DNA of 64,000 bases from Eledone cirrhosa (Eukaryota). Position numbers and translations under genes: made by a program. Location of the stretch: contig OZ024741.1 of assembly GCA_964016885.1 (NCBI GenBank), positions 79,050,001 to 79,114,000 on the forward strand. Reading direction: 5' to 3'. The notes beneath the pieces were generated by a model, which saw only the letters and a program-made list of their open reading frames with translations, searched no databases and was not told where the DNA came from. Positions 1 through 13,532 of the stretch are shown piece after piece. Within the stretch, counting starts at the first letter, position 1, and every line of letters starts with the position of its first letter.

Positions 1-2052
1 TATGCTGACACGGATATTCCGCATCCTAGTTCGCGCGGGACTCCCCTCAACGTCTCCAGTTTGTGCAGTAATGGCTCGAGAGTCAATACGTACAAGAGGG
101 ACGAGAGGGGACATCCTTGGCGGACCGAGCGCATGATGTTGAGCGGTTCCGAAAGGTGACCGTTCACTCTCACCACAGAGCAGATGTCGCTGTGCATGGC
201 AGCGATCCAGCCTCTGAAGACGGGCCCAAAGCCAGCCGCCCTCAGGACTGCGGCTAGGTAACGATGGTCGACCCTATCGAAAGCTTTCGACTGATCTAAA
301 TTGATCAAGGACCCACCCGTGCCAGGTTCCCTAGCTACCCTCTCTACGATGTATCGCATGAGGTGGAGGTTGTCGTGGATGGATCTGTCGGCAATCGCGC
401 ATGTCTGCGCGTCTCCCACCAGACCACCAATGACAAGCGCCAACCTCTTTGCTAGCACCTTGGCCAAAATCTTGAACTCTGTGTTTAGCAGAGTTATGGG
501 CCTAAAATTATCTATGTTATCCCCCTTGTTCGGATCCTTTCTCAGCAGCGCCACAGCTCTTCGGCTCACAGAGCTGGGAATTCTCCAGTTCTGTTGCCAG
601 TTGCAGTAGAGGTCCGCCAAGAGGCCTCCGAACAAGTCTGGCATCTGTACGTAAAGTTCATAGGGCAGAGCATCCAAACCAGGCGATTTATCCCTTGTGC
701 AGCTAGTCATTGCCTCCCGTACTTCAGCGGCTGTTATCGGCTTTTCGCAACACTCCGCCTCAGTGGCCGAGAGCCGCGGCAGTCCGTCGAGGTAGACACT
801 AAAGTCCATCCCTCGATCCGGCCCGCCGCTTCCCCCGAACAACTGAGCGAAGTGTCGCTGAAAAGCTTCACACATTTTCCCGGGATCGAGTAGCATGCGC
901 CCGTCGTGGTCCACCAAAGACCGGATCGTGGCTTTGTTGCCACGACGCGCCTCCGCCACTCGGGCCCAATGAACGGCTTTCGTCCCTTCGTGTCTGGGAG
1001 CACGGACCCTTGCTCTGACAACGCAGCATTCGTGCTTTGCATTGAAGAATTAGTCAAGGGCCAATTTCGCCGCAAGTACGTCGGACGCGATGCCTTTGCT
1101 AAGCGCCTCGCTTTCTAACTAGTTCTCCCTCTGCTCTGTTTTTCTCTGTTGCTAAAGCCTTACTAAACCCAATGGACTCTATTCTAATTGCTCTTTTCAG
1201 AGCAAACCAACACTTGTTGTTGACGATGGCCCCCGTCAACGCCTGCTTAACTAGTTCGCTAATCCGGCCTCTGTAGGCCTTGCGCGCTGGTAAGGAAGCG
1301 TTTAGCTTCCAGTAGCCGGGTCCTCGTCTATGAAGCCTATCTAAGTCAAGCACACATATCACGAATTTGTGGTCCGTGTAGCTGACTATCTTGAATTGTG
1401 GACAGCCTATGCTAGACATATCTATTTCTCTACAAAATACTCTATCTAGATATGATCTGGATGACCCTATGCGATTTGTCCAAGTCCACATTGGCACATT
1501 CGGGAAATCCAATCGGTACCTGTCAGACAGTTCAAAACGCATGAGCAGGTTGGTGAGGCTCTTGCACCCTCCTCCCATATTCGCTAATCCCACACAGTCC
1601 CAGCGTGCATCTAAGATCCCGTTCCAGTCACCCACCAACACTAAAGAGCTGGACGTTCCAAGAGAGGTCTCCAGACGCCGGAAGAAATCAGGCCGCCCTG
1701 CTCCTGTCGAGGCATAGACGGCCACTAGCCTGAAAACTTGCCCGTCTCCGCTGGTCACGTCCAGCAGCACCAACTTACCTTCTGGGCCAAGGAAGATGGC
1801 CCGTATGGCGAGATCTAAACCTCTCCGAAAAAGCACAGCAACTCCTCCACCCCGCGATCCCGGACGGCTGGGAGATGCGTACACATCGTAGCCACCGAAG
1901 ATCGGTGCAAAGGCCCTTGCTGCGGTGATTCTGGACTCGCTGATGGCCACTACATATATGTGTAGTGACCTGAGGTCGTTGAGCAGGTGGCCCTGCTTCC
2001 ATGACGACCCCAAGCCACGCGCATTTATGCTGCCTATTCTGAGTGAGGTCAT
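1..2052 (-). pseudogene. Tx1 ORF2 (APE endonuclease + RT), frameshifted near 1100
   Basis: ORF 1099..2052 has SINARG, GDWN, YLDRVF, TDHK and GYWKLN. RT motifs (DQSKAFDRVDH, RQGCPLS, SAY) continue to base 1. Confidence 0.9.
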
Positions 2053-2086
2053 GTTGAAATGGAGTGGGGAAGATGGGAAAGACCAC

Positions 2087-4057
2087 TTACCTTACTTCTC
2101 GTAGAGGAAGCATGGTTTCTCCATCCTTTCCACTGCTTCTGGAATCCTCCGGAAGGATGTCCTTATAAATCCTCCTGGAGAGTGCTTGTCGGAAGTCTCC
2201 GATGTCTTTGGGGAATTTTTGTTTTAGTGTCGTGTACGTTTTCTGTGTTATGCGAGTGATTTGTATGTGTGTAGGTAGTGTGAACTTTTGGGTTGTTGTG
2301 TAGTCTATTTCTGTGATGCTGGTGTTGTGTTGCATGTAGTGTAATAATTGGTTGTTGTTCAAATTTAATGCTGTGTAGTGTGTATCGTTTTGGTTGTTTT
2401 GTTTTGTTTGTGTTTGTTGTGGGTTTGTTTCTGTTACGCTCTTTGGTGACTTTTGTGGTGTAGGTGATGGTGGTGTTGGGGTTAATGATGGTGATGGTGT
2501 TGGTGTTTGTGGTGATGGGGTTGGTGATGCTGGTGTGGATGGTGGCATATCTGTCCTAACTTTTTTGTTTGATAATTTATTTGTTTCCCTCTGTATTTTG
2601 TTTTTGGAGGGGGAAGGAAGAGAATTTTTTCTTTTTTTGGTTTCTTTTTTTCTTTTTTCTGATACCGTTTCCCACTCCTCGTCGTCACAATCTGTCTCCA
2701 GTTGCGATAAGCCGGGGAGTGGAAAATCCTCCACAGGCGTTGGTTTTGGTTGTGACGTTGTGGATGGTGTCGGCGCTGGTGCTAGTTCTGGCGCGTTGGG
2801 TGGTGGTGGTGTTGGTTTTGCTACCGTTGCTGGGGTTGTTGCTGTTACAGTTGTTTCTGTTGTTGCTGCTACAGTTGTTGCTGCCATTTCTGCTGGTGGT
2901 GGTGTTGATGGTTGAGTCACTGGGGTGGGTAACAGAGGTGGCCTCAACCTTTTAGCCTGAGGGCAGAAAGCCCTTAGGTGGGTTCCTTCACCACAAACGA
3001 CACACCTAGGTCTTCTGCCCCCGACGATTACGGTGAAGTGGCTGCCGTCAGTGAGGTCTATTACCTCTGGGATTTCCTCAATGCTTTTATGGTCCGCTTG
3101 GATCAGGAGCTCCATCCCAGATCCGGACTAGTTATCCTGCTTTTCTTTCGCTATTTCAATTATCTTGGTGTTGGCCTCGATGCCGGCGAGGACGGCAGCC
3201 ATTAGCCAGGAAATTTCGATGGCCAGTGGAACGTGGGTCACCCTGATCTTCACAAGTCTCTGGCCACAATAGCTTGGGACGAATGTGAAGTCGTCACTTC
3301 TTAATGGGGCCATGGAGTGTTCTCTGGCCTCCTGTGGTGTTTAAAAGAACACGTCCACGGTTCCATACTTCTGCCCACGTCTGATGTGGATTTTCTTTGC
3401 CCACACATGTCCTAAAGCTTTTTGGATTTGGGACTCGGATGCCCGTTCCACTCGGCGCGATTTTATGTTAATTGTCCGATAAGACACCGTGCATAGGCGA
3501 CGTTGCTCCATTTTAATAGGTGGGTAGGGCGGGGGTGAGGGGTAGGTGGGGTGAGGCTGACCCTGTACCCATCTTTCTTTACCATTCCTTTGGCTTCTAC
3601 TAATTCCTCCTGAGTTACCTGGATCGCTTCGCACGTTTTTGCTACTCTGGCAAAACTCAGGTAGTTTTCTTAATTTCATTGTTGCTGTTGTTGTTATCGT
3701 TATTTTTGTTATTGTTAATTTTAGTTTCAGTTGTGGTGGTGGTGGTGGCGTCAGTGGTGTTCGGTGTGGAAGAGTTCATTTTGGTTGAATTCATTTCGAT
3801 ATCACGAATTAATTTATTTTTTCTTTTGTTTCTGTTGTCGCTGTGGTGGTGGTGGTGGTGGTGGTGGTTGTTGCGGTGGTGGCGGCTTTAACACCTGCAG
3901 TCATTGGTAATGGCGGGAAATGAACGTCTGTCTGAGACAAATTTAAAATATTGCTACTGCTTATATTTCCAGTATTGGCAAACGTAGCAATATTTACAAT
4001 GGTGGTGTCGGTGTGAGGTGTTAGATTGTGAGGAAGGAGTGACTCTGAGACATCCAT
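2087..4057 (-). pseudogene. Tx1 ORF1 (gag-like, CCHC, Pro/Thr-rich), broken into several ORFs
   Basis: ORFs 3809..4057, 3341..3679, 3128..3313 and 2087..3115 are collinear with ORF1 of copy F. Confidence 0.88.
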
Positions 4058-4271
4058 TATTTTTCAAAGAAAAATTTTTCTTTGATAATTATAAATAGTT
4101 TAAATTTTGGGCTCAAGGCCCCAATATTTTTGAGTGTCCTTTTCAGAAATCAATGTATGTGCACTTATATACAGTTTACAATAAAAATTTCCATAAATGG
4201 CAATTTTAGACAACTGAAAATAATAAACCTATGCGGAGCTCACAATAATACGATTTACTACGTAGGTCACC

Positions 4272-4304
4272 AATAATCATAATAATACTAATAATAATAA
4301 TAAT
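4272..4304. repeat. (AAT)n linker between Tx1 B and A
   Basis: Imperfect AAT run adjoining the reverse complement of AATAAAGAAAGC. Confidence 0.95.
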
Positions 4305-7300
4305 GCTTTCTTTATTGGCCACAACGGCTGACATCAAGAAAAACATTACAGACGGCACAGGACGGTACAGGACGATACGATGTGGGTTTTGTGCGTATAA
4401 ATATTTTTATTATTTATATAAGAAAAGAAAAAAAAGGTCATAGAAACATATATATAAACAATAAAAATGAAAATTGAAACAATGAAAAATTCCCCAATAG
4501 GGGGGAAACCTCCGAGGGTTACTCGTGGCGAAAACCACACAAAAGACCACGGCTACCCTCACCACCAGGGCAAGCGCCTTCTCTCAATTTTTCAATCTCT
4601 CAAACTACAGACGTATATTCAGAGCGGTCCCGTTCATTCGGACCATTCTCGCTACATTCACCCACCTTTCAATAAACTTGCTAGAAAGCAGCACTTGCCT
4701 CTCCACCCTGATTTTCTTCTACAAGTGAAACTTGAAAAAGTTAATTAGGGATTCGCCGAAGAGGAAAGTGTCTGTCTTTAACCCTTTTAACCTTGTCCAC
4801 CACACAATCTCTTTCGCCATGGCCACCAGGCAGATGAAAACCGCCTGCCCTTCCTCCTCGAAGGAAGACGGCGAGACCATCTGCACAATGGACTCAGTCG
4901 ACAACCGGATCAGTCCCACACGCGACAGCAACTGTTCGACATAGCTCCACAAGTCAGCAATGCTCGGGCACTGAACGAGTGCGTGCACGACGATTTCGTC
5001 GCTCTGCGCTGATCTTTGACAGGCTCGGCTGACGGCACTTCCGTGCCTGTAGAGCTTATCTCGAACCGGCAGCGCTCCCCGGTAGCACTACCAGGCCAGG
5101 GATTTTTGGAAGTTATCCATAGGCCATGGACTGAAAGTTCTCCGGAAGAGAGCAAACAGCTGATCTTCCTCGACGCTCAGGATCTCTCCGAAAATGCCGT
5201 CGCTCTTCCCCTCCACTATTCCTATATAGAACGCCGAGGTAGATGTTCCACCGATACTGGTGTCCAGCTGGCAGAGGGCAGTGAGCGCCTGGAGACATTC
5301 CAGTTTCCAAGCTCTATCCCTCGGTCTTTTTCTGACGCCCACATCGCCCCCAGTTTGTGCAGTAACGGCTTGAGAGCCAATACGTACAAGAGGGACGAGA
5401 GGGGACAACCCTGGCGGACTGAGCGCATGATGCTGAACGGCTGCGACAGGTGACCGTTCACCCTCACAACTGAGCAGATGTCGCTGTACATTGCTGCGAT
5501 CCAACCCCTGAAAACGGGCCCGAAACCCGCTCCCTCGAGGACCGCCGCCAGGTACCGATGCTCGACCCTATCGAAAACTTTGGATTGATCCAAGTTGATC
5601 AGGGCCCCACCCGTGCCAGGTCCTTAACCAGCCTCTCTATGATGTATCGCATGGGGTGGAGGTTGTCGTGTATGGATCTGTCCGGACTGACACATATCTG
5701 CGCCTCTCCCACCAGACCCTTGACGACAAGCGCCAACCTCGTTGCTAACACCTTTGCCAAAATCTTGAACTCTACGTTTAGCAGGGTTATGTGCCTGAAA
5801 TTATCGATAACATCCCACTTGTTCGGGTCTTTTCTCAGCAGCGCCACTGCTCCCCGGCTCACAAAACTGGGAATACTCCCGTTCTGCTGCCTGTTGCAGT
5901 AGACGTCTGCCAAGAGTTCACCGCATAAATGCATAAAGCTCGTAGGGCAGACCATCCAAACCTGGCGATTTACCCCTTGTGCAGTTAGCCATCGCTTCCC
6001 GTATTTCACCGGCTGTTATTGGCTTTTCGCAATACTGTGCTGCGGTCGTCGAGAGCCGAGGAAGTCCGTCGAGGTATGCACTGAAGTCCATGCCCCGATC
6101 CGGGCCGCCGCTGTTCCCGAACAGTTCAGCAAAGTGCTACTGAAAAGCTTCACACATCCGCATGGGTTCGAGCATCCCGCACCCGTTTTGGTCAGACTAA
6201 GACCTAATTGTGGCCCTGTTGCCACGTCGCGCCTCTGCCACCCGGGCCCATTGGACGGCTTTTGTCCCTCGTGTTTCAGAGCACGCGCTCTAGCTCTGAC
6301 AACGCAGCTTCGTGTTTTGCGTTGAAGAATTGGTCGAGTGCCAATCTCGTCAGACGCCGCTTCTAGCTTTCTGACTAGCCCTCCCTCTACTCTATTTTCC
6401 TCTATCACTACTCCTTTGTTAAACCTAATCGACTCTACTTTAATTGCCCTTTTTAGGGCGAACCACCACCTGTTGTTTACGACCGCTCCCGTCAACGCCC
6501 GCTTAACTAATACGCTAATCCGGTCTATGTAGGCTTTGCGCGCCGGGAAAGACGCGTTCAGCTTCCAGTAACCGTGTCCTTGTCTATGAAGTATCTCTAT
6601 GTCGATCTCACAAATCACAAATTTGTGGTCTGTGTAGTCGACTATTTTAAATTGTGGACAACTTATACTAGCCTTATCTAGTTCTCTGCAGAATACCCTA
6701 TCGAGATACGATCTGGATGACCCGATGCGGTTTGTCCATGTCCACATTGGCACATTCGGGTGATCCAGTCGATACCTGTCAGACAGTTCAAAACATCTGA
6801 GCAGGTTGGTGAGGCTCTTGCACCCTCTTCCCATATACACTAGCCCCACACAATCCCAGCGTGCATCCAAGATACCGTTCCAGTCGCCCACTAACACTAA
6901 AGACCGGGACGTTCCAAGAAAGGTCTCTAGACGTCTGAAGAAATCTGGCCGTCCTGCCCCTGCTGGGGCGTAGACGGCTACTAGCCTGAAAGCATTGCCT
7001 TCGCTGCCGGTCACGTCCAGCACCACCGACTTACCTTCTGGGTCTAGGAAGATGGCCTGTATGGCGAGTCCAAGCCTCTCCGAAAAAGCACGGCAACCCC
7101 TCCCGCCGATCCTGGACGGCTGGGAGATGCGTATACATCGTAGCCGCCGAAGATCGGTGCGAAGGCTTGTGCTTCGGTGATTCTGGTCTCACTGATGGCC
7201 AGCACATCTATGTTTAGTAACCTGAGGTCGTTGAGCAGGTGACCCTGCTTCTAAGATGACCCCAGGCGACGTACATTTATACTGTCTATTCTAAGTACGG

Positions 7301-9060
7301 TGATGTTGGATGAAAAACGGGGTAAGTGAGAAAGGGTCACTTACCTTGATCGTGTGGTGAAGGGACAGTAGAACCGTCCCATTCGCTGGTCATGGGTGTT
7401 TCCAAGAGGATGTCAGTGTATATCGTCTTGGTAACCGACCCTCTGAAGTCTCCAACTGCGTTGGGGAATTTTTATTTTAAAGGTTTGTATTGTTCTATTG
7501 AGATTTCAATGATGCTTATGTTTGTCGGGAGAGTTCTTGGTGTTGGTGGGGTGTAGTAGTTTTTTTCTGTGATGTCTGTGTGCTGCTTTATATATTGTAT
7601 GAGTTCTTTTTTTGCCATGTTTATGGCTGTGTACTTTTTGGGGGGAGGGGTGATTTTGTTGCTGTTTTCTTCTTGTTGCTGTTTGGTGTGTGTGTCTTGT
7701 TGTGTTTGCGTTGTTGTTTTTTTGGTGATGCTGGTGGTGGTGTGGTTGTTGTTGTCAGTGGTGCTAGTGGTGGTGTTGCTGCAAGTTTCCTTGCTGCCTT
7801 TACCCCTCTTTGTATGCCTTCGCTTTTGGAGGGTGAATCTAAGTGGTTTTTTTGTTTTTTGTTTTTTTGTGGCAGACCATTTGCCATTTCACTCTCGCCT
7901 CAAACTCCATGTCGGATTCTGTGGCGTCTGGAAGGGGTATGTGCTCCACGGCTGTTGGTGGTGGTAGTGGAGCCCTCTTCGGCAATTTTATTGCTGGTGT
8001 AGCTACTTTAATGTAGCTATTGGTGTTGCCGCCACTGATGATGCTGCTTTAGTTATCCTTGGCCTTGGTACGAGTACAACGGACGTTGCCCTCCTACTCA
8101 CCGTGGAAGGGGCCTCTGCGTTTGTTGCCTGCCCTGCTCTTGGTAGCAGTGGACCAGGTATTGGAAGGAGCGGGGCCTTCTTCTTCGCTGTCTTTTGCGG
8201 GCAAAAGGCTCTGAGGTGACCCTTCGACCCACAGAGATAACATTTTGGCCGTCTTCCTTCTACACTTATAGGGAGTTGGAGTACTTCCTCGATGTCTATC
8301 ATATCGGGGATAGCCTCGATACATTCCTGGTCAGTTTTTAGAAGCATTTGCATGCCTATACCTGACCAGTTCTCTCTCCCTATTTTCTCTACTTGCAGCA
8401 TGGTCGTCCTGTCCTCGATTTCAGCAAGGACAGACGCGGCCAGCCAAGGTATGGGCACGTCGGGTGGGACCTGGGTCACTTTGACCCTCACAATTTTCTG
8501 CCCGCGGTAGGAGGGCATCAAGACTATCTCCTCACTCTTTAGGGTTTCCAAAGAGTGAGACTGCTTCCTGGGGTGGCGAAGACTACGTCCACTGTGGCGT
8601 ACTTTCTGCCTCGGGCGATGTTGGTTTTGCGTGCCCAGACGCACCCCAAGGCCTTTTGGATTTGAGCCTCCGTGGCTCTCTCCACCCGATGTTAGATTTT
8701 GCTTACGGTGCGGTAAGTCATCATCCGTAGCTGCTGGTCCTTGAAAAAATCGGGTGGAGGTTTCAGGGAGATTCTATTGGCGCTTCTTGTCACCATGGCT
8801 CTTGCGACTGCCATCTCCTCCTCTGTTACCAACACTGTCTCGATATTTCGGGCGACACCTGCAAAGAAGTGGTCTCTTTTTCAGCAGCACCACTATTGTT
8901 GCCGCTACTGGTCTTACTGGTGGTGCTGAGATCGCTATTACAGGTATCGATGTCATTGTTGATGTCTTCGTTGAAGAAGAAGAAGAAGAAGAAGAAGAAC
9001 AACAACAACAACAATCACATTTCAAACTTTAGAGTATTCATACTAAATTTAGTTATTTCG
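4305..9060 (-). mobile_element. Tx1-clade LINE, copy B (same subfamily as C); 5' UTR missing, ~0.7 kb deletion removing YADD
   Basis: ORF1 fragment 8003..8644 (CYLCGSKGHLRAFC), endonuclease 6016..7026, RT pieces 5222..6009 and C-terminal 4719..4988. The 3' UTR has AATAAA followed by (ATT)n. The 5' boundary is approximate. Confidence 0.9.
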
Positions 9061-9295
9061 AAGATGTAGAAGAATAAAACAACTCTCGCAACAACAATTA
9101 CCATAAGAAATACTGCAACAAGAACAACAGCAACAGTGTCGTAGATAAAAGCCACATCTGCATATTTCATTCAATTTCCTATTTACTGATTAAGTTTAAA
9201 TAAAGGTAAATATAAAGAAAGAGGAAAGAGATGAAAATGATAACAAAGTATAGACAGGGAGATAAATAGATTGATAAGGAGACAGGTTATATAAA

Positions 9296-9319
9296 TGTGT
9301 GTGTGTGTATGTATATATA

Positions 9320-9400
<81 letters not shown>
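9296..9400. repeat. (TG)n microsatellite
   Basis: Seen directly. Confidence 0.97.
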
Positions 9401-9404
<4 letters not shown>

Positions 9405-9749
9405 AGCGAGAGAGATAAATAGAGGCTTAGGGATATATATAAACACACAGACAGCTTTATAGAAATATTGGTTCGTAAAAAACTTATCAAATTTATTCGT
9501 TTCTTATCCCATTTTTAATTGAACATACAAATGTACACCTAAGATATAATCTGAAAATAGGAAAATGGTGGTCTTAAATTGTTTTTATATATACATTTTT
9601 GGTTTTAAAACCCAGACTCCATATTTACCTTAACGGAGGGAGTGTTGGTATCTTCCAAATCCAGAAATGATGAGAAAGAAATTTTGAACCAATGATTACG
9701 CTAGATTATACATACATACATACATACATACATACATACATACATACAT

Positions 9750-10356
9750 GGTGGCTGCCAACTCGTTTTCGAGTACGGCCACTACTTTATATCCATGTAG
9801 GAGAACCCCTACCGATGCGCTGAACGAGTGTGACTTTTTAGTCCAGCCAGCGACTTGAAAACTCTGGTACAGACACTACACTTGTGACAATTATTGACAC
9901 ATAGTGCTGGGCCCATGGTACCATGTGACGACAAGTGCAGAGAGATCTCCAGATATAAAGCAATGCCTGTGCCGTGAAGCTTTTATAGTGAGCAAAGGCA
10001 CTGCACAAAGCCAGTCCCACTCTCTTAACCAAGATGATATTTACCAAAAAGAAGAACAAGTCAACATCATTGGATACCATCAGGGTTGCAGGTGTTATAT
10101 CAGAGTTTTCCTTCTCCTAGAATTCTGCCTTGACAAAGGCTAAGGGGTCATCTCTCCCGGTGATTTTGGATGGTCATTGACTCTTACGAGCTCCTTTGCC
10201 CTTTGACAGGTTTTGTTTTTAGTCCTGCAGGATGTCCAAAGTCACCCTCCTCACCAAGAAACCTTGGTGGGGTTGCCAGTTTAGTCGCCAACGACCCGAC
10301 CATGAGACAGGTTGTACTGGGATACATGTTACCAGTAGCACCAACTGGTGACCTGA
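9750..10356 (-). mobile_element. Non-coding ~607-bp retroposon with (ATGT)n tail, copy 1 (longest form)
   Basis: Near-identical to 13533-14141 and flanked by CATA arrays. Left ends are constant and right ends variably truncated among copies, implying minus-strand retroposition. The 3' stem-loop is GTGGCCG..CTCGAAAACGAG..CAGCCAC. Confidence 0.8.
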
Positions 10357-10899
10357 CATACATATATATATACATACATACACATATACATACATACATA
10401 TATATATACATACATACATCCATACATATATACATACATACACATACATATACATACATACATACATACATACATCCACATATATATACATACATCTACA
10501 TATACATACATACATATATACATACATACATCCATATATACATACATACATCCATATATATATACATACATCTATATATATATACATACATCCATATATA
10601 TATACATACATCTACACATACATACATACATATATATATACATACATATATATATACATACACCTATATATATATACATACATACATACATCCATATACA
10701 TATACACACATACACATATACATACATATACACACATACATACATATACATATATACACATATACATACATACATACATACACATACATACATACATATA
10801 TATACACATATATATATATATACATACACATATACATACATATATATATATACACATACATACATATATACATACATATACATACATACATACATACAC

Positions 10900-10930
<31 letters not shown>

Positions 10931-11119
10931 CATACATACACACATATACATACATACATACATATATATACATACACATATACACATACATACATACATA
11001 CATACATATACATACATACATACACACATATACATACATACATACATACACATATATATACACATACATACATACATACATACATATATACACACATACA
11101 TACATATATACATATACAT
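10357..11119. repeat. Degenerate (CATA)/(TA)/(CA) microsatellite, ~760 bp
   Basis: Seen directly; source of the spurious YIHT/MYVC ORFs. Confidence 0.97.
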
Positions 11120-11570
11120 GGTGGCTGCCAACTCGTTTTCGAGTACGGCCACTACTTTATATCCATGTAGGAGAACCCCTACCAATGCGCTGAACGAATG
11201 TGACTTTTTAGTCCAGCCAGCGACTTGAAAACTCTGGTACAAACACTACACTTGTGACAATTATTGACACATAGTGCTGGGCCCATGGTACCATGTGACG
11301 ACAAGTGCAGAGAGATCTCCAGATATAAAGCAATGCCTGTGCTGTGAAACTTTTATAGTGAGCAAAGGCACTGCACAAAGCCAGTCCCACTCTCTTAACC
11401 AAGATGATATTTACCAAAAAGAAGAACAATTCAACATCATTGGATACCATCAGGGTTGCAGGTGTTATATCAGAGTTTTCCTTCTCCTAGAATTCTGCCT
11501 TGACAAAGGCTAAGGGGTCATCTCTCCCGGTGATTTTGGATGGCTATTGACTCTTAAGAGCCCCTTTGCC
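11120..11570 (-). mobile_element. Same retroposon, copy 2, 5'-truncated
   Basis: Matches 9750-10200, then breaks into (CATA)n. Confidence 0.8.
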
Positions 11571-11667
11571 ATACATACATACATACATACATACATACAT
11601 ACATACATACATACATACATACATACATACATACATACAAACATACATACATACATACATACATGCA

Positions 11668-12066
11668 TGATGGCTACAAACTCTGCTCAGAGTATTGCAA
11701 TCGTTTGTCAGATTACAGAAAATGGTGCACCTAAGGCTACGGCCAGCCACACGAACCTGTAGCAGATCCTGAATAAGCAATGTCTGTGCTTTGAAGGTTT
11801 TTTAGAAAACACTTATCGAAAAGGAAGTTTCTTTTTCAGAGTTTCCCTCTCTTAGAAAGGTGTTGTGACAACAACTGGAGGCCTTTCACCCGCAGGTAAA
11901 TAAGAAAAAAAAAAAAAATACTATTTCGATGGCCGTTGACTCTGCCAAGTTCCTCCGCCCTTTGCTGGGTTTTGTATTTCATTCTGCAGAGTGTCCAAAT
12001 ATCACTCTCTTCACCAAGCAATCTTGGTGGGGTTGCCGGTTTAGTCGCTAATGACCCGACCATGAT
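11668..12066 (-). mobile_element. Diverged relative of the same retroposon (copy 3)
   Basis: Shares ATGGCT..GAGTA at the left end, the GAGTTTCCCTCTCTTAGAA motif and GGTTTAGTCGCTAATGACCCGACCATG. Confidence 0.65.
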
Positions 12067-12136
12067 ACATACATACATACATACATACATACATACATAC
12101 ATACATACATACATACATACATACATACATACATAG

Positions 12137-13511
12137 ATCTCCAACAGTAATGCCACAACTACCAGTCGTGTTGAATAACTGGATATTCCTCTAACTATAT
12201 CCAATGAAGACAGCTTTTATTTGAATTCGTAGCGATAGTCGACTAAATACATAATTCATTTTTCAAGGATTTGCAACAAACAGCATGACTTGACACAACA
12301 CCAACAATAAAAATTTACCGAACACAAGCAACGAAAAAAAATTACCGAAGAAAATCAATGAGAAAGGTAAACAAAATTTATTTAGTTGTAGCTACAGAAG
12401 AAACCGAAATTATAAATCGGTTTCTTTTGGAGTTACGAACGTTGTGATGATTTATTTAACTGTTATAAAATGGTAACCCTCACCCCCTCCGTTGGGTATA
12501 TGAACAGAATGAAACTATACTGGGACGAAATACATCCAGAACTAAATCACTTCACAGCCAAACAATTACGCCAACAAGCGACGTTTGTTGAACGTAAGAA
12601 TAACATAAATATTATTAATTGTAAATCCCCCAGAACAAAGATGGAATCAACAACACGTGCAACAGGTCGCCACACTAATAGACTTTCTAGCAGCCAGGTC
12701 GAACAGTTCTTTGAAACAACTATGCCGGTAAGAAATTTGACACCACGTGTATCATCTGAGTCTGCCTCGACTGCTGTGGAAAACACTATCGATAATGATA
12801 ATCCAAAGTATAAACAATTGAAATTTTCCCTCAACGAAATCTTCCAGAAAGAATTTAATTCATGTATAAACATTTCTCTAGCCGAACGCAAGAAAACAGT
12901 AATATTAAACAAAATAAAACCAAATAATGAAATCGGCAGTGAAGCATTATCTTGGTGATAGCAAAAATATTAAGAACAACGCACCACCAAAAGTACCATC
13001 ATATATAACCAAAATAGAAAAAAAGATTGCTGACCTACGAAAGACTATAGGATATGTGACAATGCTCCTTACTTGCAAACAAAAAAAGAAAAAACTTCAC
13101 TCCTTACCAACAAATAGTGAAAAATAAACTAGAAATGATGTTTGGTAACAGTTCAACCAGAAATCTTCAATATAAGCTGATCACCCTCAAACAAAAATTG
13201 AGAGCTGTCAGCGAGAAACGTCGATACCTGAAGAGGGTAGATGAAAGAAAAGTGCTTAATAAAAGATTCAGACGAAACGAAATATCAATCTATAGAGATA
13301 TGAAGGGTAAAGTAATAAATGTCACTGAGGCCCCACTACAGAACGACATATAACTCAAACCATACACATCTACACATACAATAACATCCATACCTTCACA
13401 CACATACATGCATGCAGATATACATACATATCTACGCAGTTCATGTTGTGTAAATTCCAATGAGAGAGTCTTGTATCTATGTTAGAAACCGACGCTCTCT
13501 CTATTGGTAAA
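12137..13511 (+). mobile_element. Internally deleted R4/Dong-like LINE (N-terminal region joined to 3' UTR, no RT)
   Basis: ORFs 12470..13353 are paralogous to 15173..16213. Segment 13351-13511 matches the 3' UTR at about 18365-18492. Confidence 0.85.
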
Positions 13512-13532
13512 CATATATAAATACATATATAC

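Larger units (their letters stand above)
1..4271 (-). mobile_element. Tx1/L1-clade non-LTR retrotransposon, copy A (runs off the left edge; decayed)
   Basis: 5' end GGTGACCTACG follows (ATT)n. ORF1 carries a CCHC knuckle (CVVCGEGTHLRAFC). ORF2 has APE endonuclease then RT motifs. Closely similar to copies E and F. Confidence 0.93.

Noticed and set aside
2394-2955. Hydrophobic Val/Gly/Leu ORFs antisense to Tx1 ORF1 (also 7569-8002 and 43432-44141)
   Set aside because: They are shadows of ACA/CCA-rich ORF1 sequence with no independent evidence.
9838-10143. Repeated ~80-aa ORFs in the CATA-zone retroposon
   Set aside because: They are conserved only because the copies are recent, are lost in the diverged copies, and contain no recognisable domain.
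10170-11242. Long ORFs rich in YIHT/MYVC
   Set aside because: They are translations of CATA/TA microsatellite. The same applies to the YI, CV and HT ORFs elsewhere.
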